From positions 96,001-160,000 of the forward strand of contig JBPOFY010000003.1 in the NCBI GenBank assembly GCA_051252375.1: a stretch of DNA of 64,000 nt, in the 5' to 3' direction. The position numbers and the translations under genes were made by a program. The notes under the pieces are model-generated. The model was not told where the DNA came from. It saw only the letters and a program-made list of their open reading frames with translations, and ran no database searches. Shown here one piece after another: positions 35,345 through 44,622 of this stretch (the stretch's first letter is position 1; each line of letters opens with the position of its first letter). The DNA comes from Opitutaceae bacterium (lineage in GTDB: Bacteria; Verrucomicrobiota; Verrucomicrobiia; Opitutales; Coraliomargaritaceae).

Positions 35345-36199
35345 CTAGAGTGAGAGATCTGTTATGATGCTGTTGATAATTGGATCGATTTCTTCGATTG
35401 CGTTGAGTTCAAATTCGAAAGTGGTGTGTCCGACTTCGGGATGGAAGATATAGAAAGTGCCTTCGGTGTAGTGAGCGCCGACCGGTGTTTGGCAGCCACC
35501 ACCGAGACTGCGGAGAAAGCTGCGCTCTAAAGTGATGGCGAGTTTGGTCTGTTCGCAGAATAGACCCTCGTATTTTGGAAGATCGGCTTCGCGGCACTGG
35601 ATTGCGATCGCGGCTTGTCCAGGGGCGGGCACGACTACGTCGATCGGCAGTTCTTTAAAGGTCAGCCCTTCGTATTCTGTGATATCCAATCGGTCTAAGC
35701 CAGCTGCAGCGAGTAGGGTGGCGTCGGCCTCACCCTCGGTGATTTTACGCAGACGAGTGCCGACATTGCCGCGTATCGTAGTCCATTCTGCAGATTCGTG
35801 AAGTATGCCAAGCTGGGCGCGACGGCGTGGGCTGCTGGTGGCTATCTTTGCGGGCTCGGTGCAATCGCTTCGAAACACTAGGATGTCGGTGGCTCGAGCT
35901 CTGGGCAAGTAGCCCGCGATATGTAGGTCGGCTTGAAAAGCGGTAGGTAAATCTTTGGCGCTGTGGACGGCGAGTGTGGCGCGGTCATCCAGTAGGGCTT
36001 CTTCGAGTTCTTTGGTGAAGAGTCCGATGCCACCGCGTTTTTCCAGTGACCAAGTGAGCCGTTCATCAACTTTGGTGCTGAGGCGCAGTTCTTCGAAGAC
36101 GTCGTTTGGAAGCGCTTGCTCCAGCCATGCGATGACCATCTCGGTCTGCTTAAGAGCGAGTGGGCTTTTACGCGTGGCTATTTGGATGGGTTGTGGCAT
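35345..36199 (-). CDS. hemC: Hydroxymethylbilane synthase (porphobilinogen deaminase)
   Basis: ATRKSPLA, GLFTKELE, VHSAKD, TSSPRR, RGNVGTRL, GGCQTP. Confidence 0.96.
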   Translation of the reverse strand: MPQPIQIATRKSPLALKQTEMVIAWLEQALPNDVFEELRLSTKVDERLTWSLEKRGGIGLFTKELEEALLDDRATLAVHSAKDLPTAFQADLHIAGYLPRARATDILVFRSDCTEPAKIATSSPRRRAQLGILHESAEWTTIRGNVGTRLRKITEGEADATLLAAAGLDRLDITEYEGLTFKELPIDVVVPAPGQAAIAIQCREADLPKYEGLFCEQTKLAITLERSFLRSLGGGCQTPVGAHYTEGTFYIFHPEVGHTTFEFELNAIEEIDPIINSIITDLSL

Positions 36200-36207
36200 G
36201 TGGATTT

Positions 36208-36262
36208 GTAGAACAGACATTCCTGTCTAAAATGCAATCACAGGCAGGAATGCCTGTGTCAC
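36208..36262. repeat. REP-like inverted doublet
   Basis: GTAGAACAGACATTCCTGTCT ... CACAGGCAGGAATGCCTGTGTCAC; both halves carry CAGRCATTCCTGYCT. Confidence 0.7.
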
Positions 36263-36267
36263 GAACT

Positions 36268-36303
36268 AAAAAGCGGTCGACGGTATAAAACCGACGACCG
36301 CTT
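36268..36303 (-). terminator. Intrinsic terminator (ilvC)
   Basis: AAAAAGCGGTCGACGGT-ATAAA-ACCGACGACCGCTT. Confidence 0.82.
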
Positions 36304-36327
36304 GAAATTTCAAATACTGAAAGTGGC

Positions 36328-37356
36328 TTAGTTGTAGGAAGCCTGTGCGCCACCGATGTTGCGCTTTTTCACCCAAGGCATGAGAGCGCGGAGGCGCTGG
36401 CCTGTCTTTTCGATCTGGTGGTTTTGGCCGTCTTTGATGAACTGTTTGTATCGTGGAAGACCTGCTTTGTATTCGTTGACCCAGTCCTTAGTGAACTTGC
36501 CAGATTGGATTTCCTTGAGGATCGACTTCATTGCTTTCTTGGAAGAAGCGTTGATGACGCGAGGACCACTGATGTAGTCACCCCATTCAGCTGTTTCAGA
36601 AACGGAGAAACGCATGCCAGAAACACCAGACTCAACCATAAGGTCGACGATGAGCTTCAACTCGTGCAAGCACTCGAAGTAAGCCATTTCTGGTTGGTAG
36701 CCTGCTTCAACAAGTGTTTCGAAGCCAGCCATGACGAGTGCAGATGCACCACCGCAAAGAACGGCTTGCTCGCCGAAGAGGTCAGTTTCGCACTCTTCCT
36801 TGAAAGTTGTTTGGATCACACCGGCACGTGTGCCGCCAACACCCTTTGCCCATGCAAGTGCAACGGCTTTGGCATTACGTGAAGAACCCTTGTTGATTGC
36901 GATAAGTGCTGGAACGCCTTTACCTTCAACGTATTGGCTACGAACAACGTGACCTGGACCCTTAGGTGCCACCATGATGACGTCGATGCCCTTAGGTGCT
37001 TCGATCAGACCGAAGTGGATCGCAAGACCGTGTGTGAATGCAAGTGTCTTGCCCTTTGTGAGGTTTGGAAGGATGTCGTTTTCGTAAACTTCAGCCTGCT
37101 TCATGTCAGGCACAGCGATCATGATGACGTCTGCCTTTTGAACCGCTTCAGCTGTTTCGAATACTTTGAAACCTTGCTTTTTTGCGACGTTGACGGACTT
37201 GCTCTTTTTATAGAGACCGATGATCACATTAAGACCACTGTCCTTCAAGTTTTGTGCGTGGGCGTGGCCCTGTGAACCGTAGCCGATGATGGCGAGGGTT
37301 TTCTTTTTGAGGACTTTTAAATCAGCGTCCTTATCGGTATAGACTTTTGCAGGCAT
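36328..37356 (-). CDS. ilvC: Ketol-acid reductoisomerase
   Basis: IIGYGSQGHAHAQNL, MVAPKGPG, ETDLFGEQAVLCGG, AYFECLHE; likely start MPAKVY. Confidence 0.98.
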   Translation of the reverse strand: MPAKVYTDKDADLKVLKKKTLAIIGYGSQGHAHAQNLKDSGLNVIIGLYKKSKSVNVAKKQGFKVFETAEAVQKADVIMIAVPDMKQAEVYENDILPNLTKGKTLAFTHGLAIHFGLIEAPKGIDVIMVAPKGPGHVVRSQYVEGKGVPALIAINKGSSRNAKAVALAWAKGVGGTRAGVIQTTFKEECETDLFGEQAVLCGGASALVMAGFETLVEAGYQPEMAYFECLHELKLIVDLMVESGVSGMRFSVSETAEWGDYISGPRVINASSKKAMKSILKEIQSGKFTKDWVNEYKAGLPRYKQFIKDGQNHQIEKTGQRLRALMPWVKKRNIGGAQASYN

Positions 37357-37428
37357 ATTTTTCGTTGATTGCGGCAGCACGGATGCCACCTGGTTGAATA
37401 GATTCTATTGTTCTAAAAGGAGAGGTGA

Positions 37429-37902
37429 TTAGCCGCGTTTGAGGGCTAGGTTGCCAGTGCGTGCCATTTCGACGATGCCGTATGGTTCGATCAAATTGAG
37501 GAAGGCGGCAACTTTGTTTGTGTTGCCAGTCATCTCGATGTTCAAGCTGTCTGCGGACACATCGATGATTTTGGCGCGGAAAATGTCGCAAACTTGCATG
37601 ACCTCGGAACGTTGTCCGGCGGTTGCACTTACTTTAACCATGATCAATTCGCGCTCAGTAGCTTGGCCAGAGGTGAATTCTGTAACCTCTAAAACGTTGA
37701 TCAGCTTATTAACTTGCTTGATCGCTTGGTCGAGCGCGTCGCTGTCGCCAACGATGGTTGCAGTGATACGTGACAGCTTGTTGTCCATCATCGGGCCCAC
37801 ATTCAGAGTCTCGATGTTGAAGCCACGACCGCTGAACATACCAGCGATACGGGCGAGAGCTCCGAATTTGTTTTCGACAAGGATTGAGATGATGTGACGC
37901 AT
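37429..37902 (-). CDS. ilvN: Acetolactate synthase small (regulatory) subunit
   Basis: MRHIISILVENKFGALARIAGMFSGRGFNI ACT domain; RELIMVKV; EMARTG. Confidence 0.96.
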   Translation of the reverse strand: MRHIISILVENKFGALARIAGMFSGRGFNIETLNVGPMMDNKLSRITATIVGDSDALDQAIKQVNKLINVLEVTEFTSGQATERELIMVKVSATAGQRSEVMQVCDIFRAKIIDVSADSLNIEMTGNTNKVAAFLNLIEPYGIVEMARTGNLALKRG

Positions 37903-37907
37903 GATAG

Positions 37908-37930
37908 AAAAAAGCTCGGCAGAACCGAGC
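37908..37930 (-). terminator. Intrinsic terminator-like hairpin between tRNA-Val and ilvN
   Basis: Minus strand GCTCGG-TTCTG-CCGAGC-TTTTTT, ending 5 nt before the ilvN ATG. Confidence 0.75.
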
Positions 37931-37946
37931 GAGCAAACTTGAAAAA

Positions 37947-38023
37947 TGGTAGACGGCGAGGGATTCGAACCCACGACCCCCTCGGTGTAAACGAGGTGCT
38001 CTAACCAACTGAGCTAGCCGTCC
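37947..38023 (-). tRNA. tRNA-Val (TAC)
   Basis: Minus-strand GGACGGC...GCCGTCT-A-CCA; anticodon arm CCTCG-TTTACAC-CGAGG; GGTTCGAATCC. Confidence 0.97.
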
Positions 38024-38210
38024 TCAAGTTTTGGGAAAACGTGTAAGATGGTGCTGAGCGGAAGTGAATCAAGCCTAATTTTAACCGATTTTTCAACTTT
38101 TCGAACTTTCCTCGCTTTGTAGAATTCGGGGAACAAGTATTGCCTTCGCCCAGTCAATTGAATCAAATACTTTTATTGTGAATAATGTGCCCTACAAAAG
38201 CTTCCTCAAT

Positions 38211-38423
38211 ATGCGACGCATATTCATTACGGGCATACGTCGATTGTTGCCGCTTTTACTCTTAAGCGTGGCATCCTGTGTGTCTGTTAAAACGGAGCAT
38301 CGTGTCGAGCCGATCCACATTACTATGGATGTGAATGTGCGCCTTGAGCATGAATTAAACGATGCATTTGCTGAGTTAGACGCTCGTTCACTGGAAATCG
38401 CCCAACAGAAAGGATCTGAATGA
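38211..38423 (+). CDS. YnbE-like lipoprotein
   Basis: Lipobox VASC, then PIHITMDVNVRLEHEL pattern; ATGA overlap with the YdbL-like gene. Confidence 0.75.
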   Translation: MRRIFITGIRRLLPLLLLSVASCVSVKTEHRVEPIHITMDVNVRLEHELNDAFAELDARSLEIAQQKGSE

Positions 38424-38809
38424 TCGCGCTAAAGAAATCTATTCGAGTCGCTGTTATATCAGCATTTATCTGCCTGTGTCTTCCCGGCATCTCTCACGCC
38501 GAGACGACGGAAACATCATTGATTACATCGATGGAGGAGCGCTTGCCTGTATTGATGGATTTGAAACTAGCTGGTAAAGTGGGCGAAACCAATCGTGCGA
38601 TGGTGTCAGCGCGTGCCGACCTTGAGCGATCAGAGCGCCGAATCTTAGCGGATGAAAATGCGGATCGGCTGGCTCACTACACATTAGTTGCAAAGCGATT
38701 GAAGGTAAGTGTTGAGGTGGTTCAATTGAAACGAGCAGAACAAATTCGGGAGAAGTCGGCAAAAGGCATTTGGATACAGTCGAAATCCGGTGATTGGTAT
38801 CGTGAATAG
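38420..38809 (+). CDS. YdbL/DUF1318 family periplasmic protein
   Basis: Signal peptide; K..G.VGE, EN.DR...Y...A, G.WIQ...G.W motifs. Confidence 0.85.
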   Translation: MIALKKSIRVAVISAFICLCLPGISHAETTETSLITSMEERLPVLMDLKLAGKVGETNRAMVSARADLERSERRILADENADRLAHYTLVAKRLKVSVEVVQLKRAEQIREKSAKGIWIQSKSGDWYRE

Positions 38810-38817
38810 CGCCGCAC

Positions 38818-41800
38818 ATGAATAAGCGAACAGTTTTGATCGGGTTTAAGTTTTTATTGTCTCTCTTAGCGACAGCATTTGCTGCTCAAATTGCAGTGGC
38901 ATTGGCAGACCCTCGATTTGGTGGGCATGTGAATCAAGTCGCTCCTGTGTTTGGCGTCGCTCTAGCTTTACTGCTTGTCTTGGGATATCGCTACTTACCA
39001 GCAATCTTTGTGGGTGCTTTGATTCCGTCGGCTTTTGCGGAAGCAAATTTTTTGGTTATTTTGAGCACGCCTTTAGCGGCAGTGACTACTGCCGTCTGTG
39101 GTCATGCAATGTTAAGGCGTTTAAAGGTCCGCATTGATTTAGAATCTGTGCGTGATGCGCTCTGTGTTATTGGCTTCGGTATCCTATTAGCTTCCTTGCT
39201 TGGAGTTGTTTTGCAGAGCATTTTACTTTGCTTTGGTGATTCGGATATACTTTGGAAGGATTTCGAAGCCTTGATATTGTCGAACTGGATATCAGCGGCA
39301 GTCGGCGCGATTATTATCACGCCATTTATATTAGTATGGTCGAATCCAACCGCGTCTAAGTTGTATTCAAATCAAGTATTCGAAATCTTGGTTTGGTTTT
39401 TTACCCTGATTACTTTTGGTGCGATTACATTCCAGAATTGGGCTCCTACGGATGTGTTGTTTTATCCGATGGAGTTGGCGATCTTTCCGATCATGGCTTG
39501 GGCTTCGATTCGCTTTGGGCTGAAGGGGGCTTCGGCAGGTGTATTGGTGCTCGCGATGATTGCGGCGTGGGAACTTCTTCTAGTCTTAACGGGGCATGGG
39601 CGCTCTATTTCTCAAAGTCCGGCAAATGTATGGGTCTTCGTCGGGATCATCTCGATTACATCGATTTGCTTGGCTGCGGTAATGACGCAATTGCGTAAAC
39701 GCGAAGCTGAGGTGACAGAAAATGAAAATCGGTTGAGTGCCTTTACGGACGCTTTGCCCGACATCGCATTTGTGATTACCAGTGAGGGTTTGATTGAGCA
39801 TATCTTTGCCGGAAATACACGCGTCGAAAGAAATCACCGCATTTTTAACTCTCAAAACGTTTCAGGTAAGTATTTGAATGATTTATTTGATGAAGAACTT
39901 GCTGCCGATTTTTCGCGAACCATTCGGGCGGCGATTGATTCGAATGTGGTGACAAACTTCGAGTATGCGATGCAGTCTGTCGATACGGGAGAGCATCATT
40001 TCGAGGCACGTGTATCACCGATGGCTGCAACCGGGGGCGAGGTTGAGCGTGTTGTCTGGGTGGCTTACGATATCACCTCTCGGAAGAAAATCGAAGCAGG
40101 TGTTCGGCAGCGGGATAGGGTATTGAAGGCGACTGCGCGGGCGAACAACGCATTGTTGACGACTGCTGATTTTGATAAAGCGGTGACGACGTCTATTCGC
40201 CAAGTGGCGCAAGCATTACGGGTGGAGCGAGCATACGTCTTTGTGATTAAGGGCAATTCGGAAGAATCTTTTCAGCGTGTTAGTTGTGAGCATGAATGGA
40301 CCCTGCGACCAGAGCTCACTGGCTTTAAGCAGAATCCGAATTATCAAGATGCACCACTTGAAGAATTTTTCCCATATTTCTTAAAGCACTTATCTGTGGA
40401 TGGAATTATCAAGATCGATACTGGGTCGATTAATGTGCAACACCGCGAGATGTTGAACAGCATGCGTGCGCAGGCGATCTTGGCGGTTCCGATGTGGTTG
40501 GGGCCGCAGCTATACGGTTTCTTTGGCGTTGATTATTGCCAGATATCTCATCGCTGGAGCGAAAATGAGGTCAACGCGGTTCGTGTGTTGGCTTCCGGTT
40601 TGTCCGGCTTGGCTTTGATTCGACAGCGTGAAGATGAGCTACGTGTCGCACGTGACTGGGCGGATGCAGCGAGTCAGGCAAAGGGAGAGTTTTTAGCGAT
40701 GATGAGTCACGAAATTCGCACGCCAATGAATGCCATTATCGGTTACACGGACTTGCTCCATCAGACCGAATTAACTGAGTTACAAACTGAACAAGCTGCT
40801 ATTATCAAACGTAGCGGCAAGGCCTTGCTTGAATTGATAAATAATATTTTAGATTACTCGAAGATAGAATCCAGTTCTCTAGAGTTGGAAATGGCAGAGT
40901 TTGATATCGAACAAATTATCTGTGAAGCATTGGAAACGGTTTTGCCGCAAGCTAAAGCGAAACGATTGAAAATTGACTATGAAGTGGGTGATACTGTGGA
41001 TGAGATCTACATTGGTGACGCGCATCGCCTACGTCAGGTTCTAATCAATCTAGCGAGTAATGCGGTGAAATTCACTTCTTCGGGAAGTGTGCTTATACGA
41101 GTCGGCCGGGTCGTTGAAAATTCTAATGAGCGCGATGATACTCTTTATTTTGAAGTGGTGGATACTGGTTGCGGCATACCTGCTGAAAAGTTCGATTTAT
41201 TATTTGAGGCATTCTCTCAGGTCGATTCTTCAACCACCCGTCAGTATGGCGGCACCGGACTGGGCTTGGTTATATCGAAGCGTTTAATTGAGCGCATGGA
41301 GGGTCGTATGTGGGTGGACAGTGTGGTCGGGGAAGGATCTAATTTTCAATTCACGGTTCAGTTGAAATTGCCAAATGAATTGAAGGCCACGAATGTTCCG
41401 TTTCCATTAGGTTCAGTTAGTGAGGATGAACTAGACCCCGGTTTTTCTGCGGCATACCCTTTGCGTATTTTAGTATGCGAAGATGATGAAGATAACCGTT
41501 GGGTTATTCGGGAACTTCTCACCACCCTAGGCTATGGAATTAAACTGGTAGAAGATGCTGGCGATGCGATTACACAGCTGGAAAATTACGTTTTTGACCT
41601 TGTCTTGATGGATATTCGTTTGCCTGGGATGAGCGGAATTGAATTAACTAAAAAAATACGCAGTGGGGCAATACACCCTGATCGAACGGAGCAATACATC
41701 ATTGCAGTCACGGCTTTTGCTATGAGTGAGGATCGAGAACATTGCTTGGCCGCTGGCATGAATGACTATCTCAGCAAACCTATTGAAATATCGCTTTTAA

Positions 41801-41844
41801 AGGACGTTCTCAAAACCGCATATGTCACGCTCAATAAGAGCTGA
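38818..41844 (+). CDS. Hybrid sensor histidine kinase (MASE1-PAS-GAF-HisKA-HATPase-REC)
   Basis: Multi-TM MASE1-like N-terminus; FLAMMSHEIRTPMN H-box, NAVKFT, DTGCGI, GGTGLGL; LMDIRLP and KP receiver. Confidence 0.93.
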   Translation: MNKRTVLIGFKFLLSLLATAFAAQIAVALADPRFGGHVNQVAPVFGVALALLLVLGYRYLPAIFVGALIPSAFAEANFLVILSTPLAAVTTAVCGHAMLRRLKVRIDLESVRDALCVIGFGILLASLLGVVLQSILLCFGDSDILWKDFEALILSNWISAAVGAIIITPFILVWSNPTASKLYSNQVFEILVWFFTLITFGAITFQNWAPTDVLFYPMELAIFPIMAWASIRFGLKGASAGVLVLAMIAAWELLLVLTGHGRSISQSPANVWVFVGIISITSICLAAVMTQLRKREAEVTENENRLSAFTDALPDIAFVITSEGLIEHIFAGNTRVERNHRIFNSQNVSGKYLNDLFDEELAADFSRTIRAAIDSNVVTNFEYAMQSVDTGEHHFEARVSPMAATGGEVERVVWVAYDITSRKKIEAGVRQRDRVLKATARANNALLTTADFDKAVTTSIRQVAQALRVERAYVFVIKGNSEESFQRVSCEHEWTLRPELTGFKQNPNYQDAPLEEFFPYFLKHLSVDGIIKIDTGSINVQHREMLNSMRAQAILAVPMWLGPQLYGFFGVDYCQISHRWSENEVNAVRVLASGLSGLALIRQREDELRVARDWADAASQAKGEFLAMMSHEIRTPMNAIIGYTDLLHQTELTELQTEQAAIIKRSGKALLELINNILDYSKIESSSLELEMAEFDIEQIICEALETVLPQAKAKRLKIDYEVGDTVDEIYIGDAHRLRQVLINLASNAVKFTSSGSVLIRVGRVVENSNERDDTLYFEVVDTGCGIPAEKFDLLFEAFSQVDSSTTRQYGGTGLGLVISKRLIERMEGRMWVDSVVGEGSNFQFTVQLKLPNELKATNVPFPLGSVSEDELDPGFSAAYPLRILVCEDDEDNRWVIRELLTTLGYGIKLVEDAGDAITQLENYVFDLVLMDIRLPGMSGIELTKKIRSGAIHPDRTEQYIIAVTAFAMSEDREHCLAAGMNDYLSKPIEISLLKDVLKTAYVTLNKS

Positions 41845-41849
41845 GTCCA

Positions 41850-43688
41850 ATGTCTGAAGAAAAGCCTAAGCTGATAGACTTGGATCAAGTCATTTCGAAG
41901 CCGTGGGGAATTGTGAATCCATTGCTCGAGAGGATCACTTCGATTGACGGTGTGAATCAAATCTATGCGGATGTGCATGCGCAGTTGACTGACAGTGAGT
42001 ATGATCCCTCGTTTTTCATGAAGACCCTGCGGGTGATGGGGGTGCAGTTCGAAGTCGATAGTGAGTCGTTTGAGCGTATCCCGAAAGAAGGACCATTGGT
42101 CATTATTGCCAATCATCCGTTTGGTGGTGTCGACGGAGTCGTGCTTGGCGCATTGATGCAAAGTGTGCGCGCGGATACTAAGTTAATGGGGAACTATTTA
42201 CTGGGTAAAATGGAGGGAATTCGAGGGAACATTATTGAAGTCGATCCCTTTGAAACCGAAGCATCCAAGCGTGCGAATTTGAAGGGCATGTTGACCGCGA
42301 TTAAGCACTTGCGCGGCGGCGGTTGCCTGGGCGCGTTTCCTGCCGGGGAAGTCTCCAGCTTTAAATGGGGACCGCGTGCCGTGGTGGACCCTAAATGGAC
42401 CGATCATATTGTCAGCTTGGCTCAGCGCACGAAAGCACCCGTGTTGCCGATTTACTTTGAAGGTCGGAACAGTTTTCTTTTCCAAGCCATGGGGCTGATA
42501 CATCCACGCTTGCGCACGTTGATGCTGGCTCGGGAGTTTTCTCGTTCGCGTGGCTCACAGATTAAATTACGTGTGGGTAAGTTGATCCAACCAGATCGAC
42601 TGGAACGTTTTGAAACGACCGTAGCGGCCACAGAGTATTTGCGCCTGCAGACTTATTCTTTGCGCACACTGCAACCGCAAGAGAAGCCCCGTCGCAAACT
42701 TCGCCTACCATTTCGGTCAGCTTCTTCGGAGAAGACCATTCAGCCATTAGCGCCAGCGCAGTTGAAACATAACCTGCGTGCGGAAATCGAAGCGCTAACG
42801 GATGAGGGGATTTTGGTGGAGCACGGTGATTTCGTTGTATGCTGTGCGCGGGCGGCTTCGATCCCAAAGTTAATGTTGGAAATTGGGCGCCTGCGAGAAG
42901 AGACCTTTCGTGCAGTTCAAGAGGGCACTGGGCAGGCACGTGATCTGGATGAATTTGATGACTATTACTTACATCTCTTCATGTGGGATAAGGCCAACGA
43001 TGAATTAGTCGGAGCCTATCGAATCGGCTTGGCGGATGAGATTGTTCGTGAACGCGGGAAGCAGGGGCTCTACACTGCAACCTTGTTTCGTTATCGCACC
43101 GGTTTCTTGGATCGCTTGGGTCCCGCCCTTGAACTGGGTCGTTCATTTATATGCTTAAACTATCAACGTAAACACGCTTCACTGGCGCTCATCTGGCGTG
43201 GGATTGGAGAATATGTTGCACGAAATCCTAAGTATAAAACACTTTTTGGACCGGTCAGTATTACTGATGCGTATCATCGAATCTCTAAAGACCTGATGGT
43301 GCACTTTTTTCGAGAGCATAGTTTCGATGATGACCTCGCGCAGCTAGTCAAAGCCCGCAAGCCACCAAAGGCGCCAAAGATGATGCGGGGTATTTCGCTT
43401 AAAAGCATTGGAGAATCGATTGAATCCGTGGACTCGGTTTCCGCGATTATTTCCGGGTTTGAGGACGATGAAAAAGGTATCCCGATTCTACTGAAGCACT
43501 ATCTGAAACTAAACGGTGTGCTCTTAAGCTTTAACGTCGACCCCGCCTTTAGTGATGTGATCGATGGTTTGATACTGGTCGACCTGACCAAAACGGACCC
43601 CAAAGTATTGCAGAGGTATTTCGGTAAAGAAGGTTACGCCAAGTTTGCGGATTTTCATAACACGAAAGAGACACCTCCGGTGGTGTAG
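41850..43688 (+). CDS. PlsC-type acyltransferase / GNAT N-acyltransferase fusion (OlsF-like amino-lipid synthase)
   Basis: NHPFGGVDG and FPAGEVS N-domain; GRLREETFR, DLDEFD, VGAYR, LELGRSF C-domain. Confidence 0.85.
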   Translation: MSEEKPKLIDLDQVISKPWGIVNPLLERITSIDGVNQIYADVHAQLTDSEYDPSFFMKTLRVMGVQFEVDSESFERIPKEGPLVIIANHPFGGVDGVVLGALMQSVRADTKLMGNYLLGKMEGIRGNIIEVDPFETEASKRANLKGMLTAIKHLRGGGCLGAFPAGEVSSFKWGPRAVVDPKWTDHIVSLAQRTKAPVLPIYFEGRNSFLFQAMGLIHPRLRTLMLAREFSRSRGSQIKLRVGKLIQPDRLERFETTVAATEYLRLQTYSLRTLQPQEKPRRKLRLPFRSASSEKTIQPLAPAQLKHNLRAEIEALTDEGILVEHGDFVVCCARAASIPKLMLEIGRLREETFRAVQEGTGQARDLDEFDDYYLHLFMWDKANDELVGAYRIGLADEIVRERGKQGLYTATLFRYRTGFLDRLGPALELGRSFICLNYQRKHASLALIWRGIGEYVARNPKYKTLFGPVSITDAYHRISKDLMVHFFREHSFDDDLAQLVKARKPPKAPKMMRGISLKSIGESIESVDSVSAIISGFEDDEKGIPILLKHYLKLNGVLLSFNVDPAFSDVIDGLILVDLTKTDPKVLQRYFGKEGYAKFADFHNTKETPPVV

Positions 43689-43696
43689 GCTAAATT

Positions 43697-44488
43697 ATGA
43701 AAATCGCACTTGCACAATTTTCCGTTGAACGCGGATCGGTCGACGCCAACTTAAGAACGATCACTGCCTTCATTAAGGAAGCAGCAGCAGCGGGGGCCAG
43801 TGTTTTGTTTCTACCAGAAATGTGCACGACAGGGTTTGATTGGGCGAAGAACAAGCAACTGCTCGATGGTGCGGCGGAATCGATACGGTCGCTTCAAGCT
43901 ACGGCTCAGGCGGTTGGCATTGCCGTCAGTGGTTCGTTTTTAGAAAAAACGGAATCAGGTAATGCAGCCAACACGCTGTATTATATCGAGAAAGAGGGTT
44001 CAATCGCAGCCAAGTATCGTAAGACTCATTTGTTTACGCTCTTTCGTGAGGATGCGCATGTAGAGGCGGGTGATGGAATTGTAGTCGCAGATACGCAGTG
44101 CGGAAAAATCGGTTGTTCGGTTTGTTATGATCTTCGCTTCCCAGAGCTATTTCGTAAATGTGCTCTGGAGGGTGCAGAGTTGCAGTTTTTGCCTGCGGCT
44201 TTTCCGCATCCGCGTATGGCGCATTGGCAAACTTTGATTCGTGCGCGAGCGATTGAAAATCAATCGTTCTTCGTTGCCGTGAATCAATGCGGTTGCGAAG
44301 GGCACGACGGCGATGTCGGCACTACGCAGTATTTCGGGCATTCCATGGTGGTCGATCCATGGGGTGAAATATTGTTGGAGGCAGACGAGAGTGCTGGGCT
44401 ACACGTGCTTGAGGTCGATTTATCTCAAGTCAGTAAAACGCGTGTAAAACTGACCGCGTTAAAGGACCGGCGTGCTGATCTTTACTGA
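43697..44488 (+). CDS. Carbon-nitrogen hydrolase (nitrilase superfamily amidase)
   Basis: LPE, YRKTHLF, VCYDLRFPE (Glu-Lys-Cys triad), RARAIENQ. Confidence 0.92.
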   Translation: MKIALAQFSVERGSVDANLRTITAFIKEAAAAGASVLFLPEMCTTGFDWAKNKQLLDGAAESIRSLQATAQAVGIAVSGSFLEKTESGNAANTLYYIEKEGSIAAKYRKTHLFTLFREDAHVEAGDGIVVADTQCGKIGCSVCYDLRFPELFRKCALEGAELQFLPAAFPHPRMAHWQTLIRARAIENQSFFVAVNQCGCEGHDGDVGTTQYFGHSMVVDPWGEILLEADESAGLHVLEVDLSQVSKTRVKLTALKDRRADLY

Positions 44489-44490
44489 AA

Positions 44491-44598
44491 GGTAGAGGCG
44501 ATGGGGACCATCGCCACACGTTTGAGCCGTTCAACTTAACCAAGGCGAGTTATATTGACTAGTGCACTGCTATGGCGGTCGGGACGACTGCCGCTACC
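44491..44598. repeat. REP-like inverted doublet (GTAG type) between convergent genes
   Basis: GGTAGAGGCGATGG-GGA-CCATCGCC ... GGCGGTC-GGGAC-GACTGCCGCTACC. Confidence 0.68.
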
Positions 44599-44622
44599 TT
44601 TCGTGGCTTACGATTGACTCCG

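Noticed and set aside
37903..37974. N-terminal extension of the ilvN ORF in the track
   Set aside because: It runs through the terminator and into the tRNA-Val gene; the conserved start is MRHII at 37902
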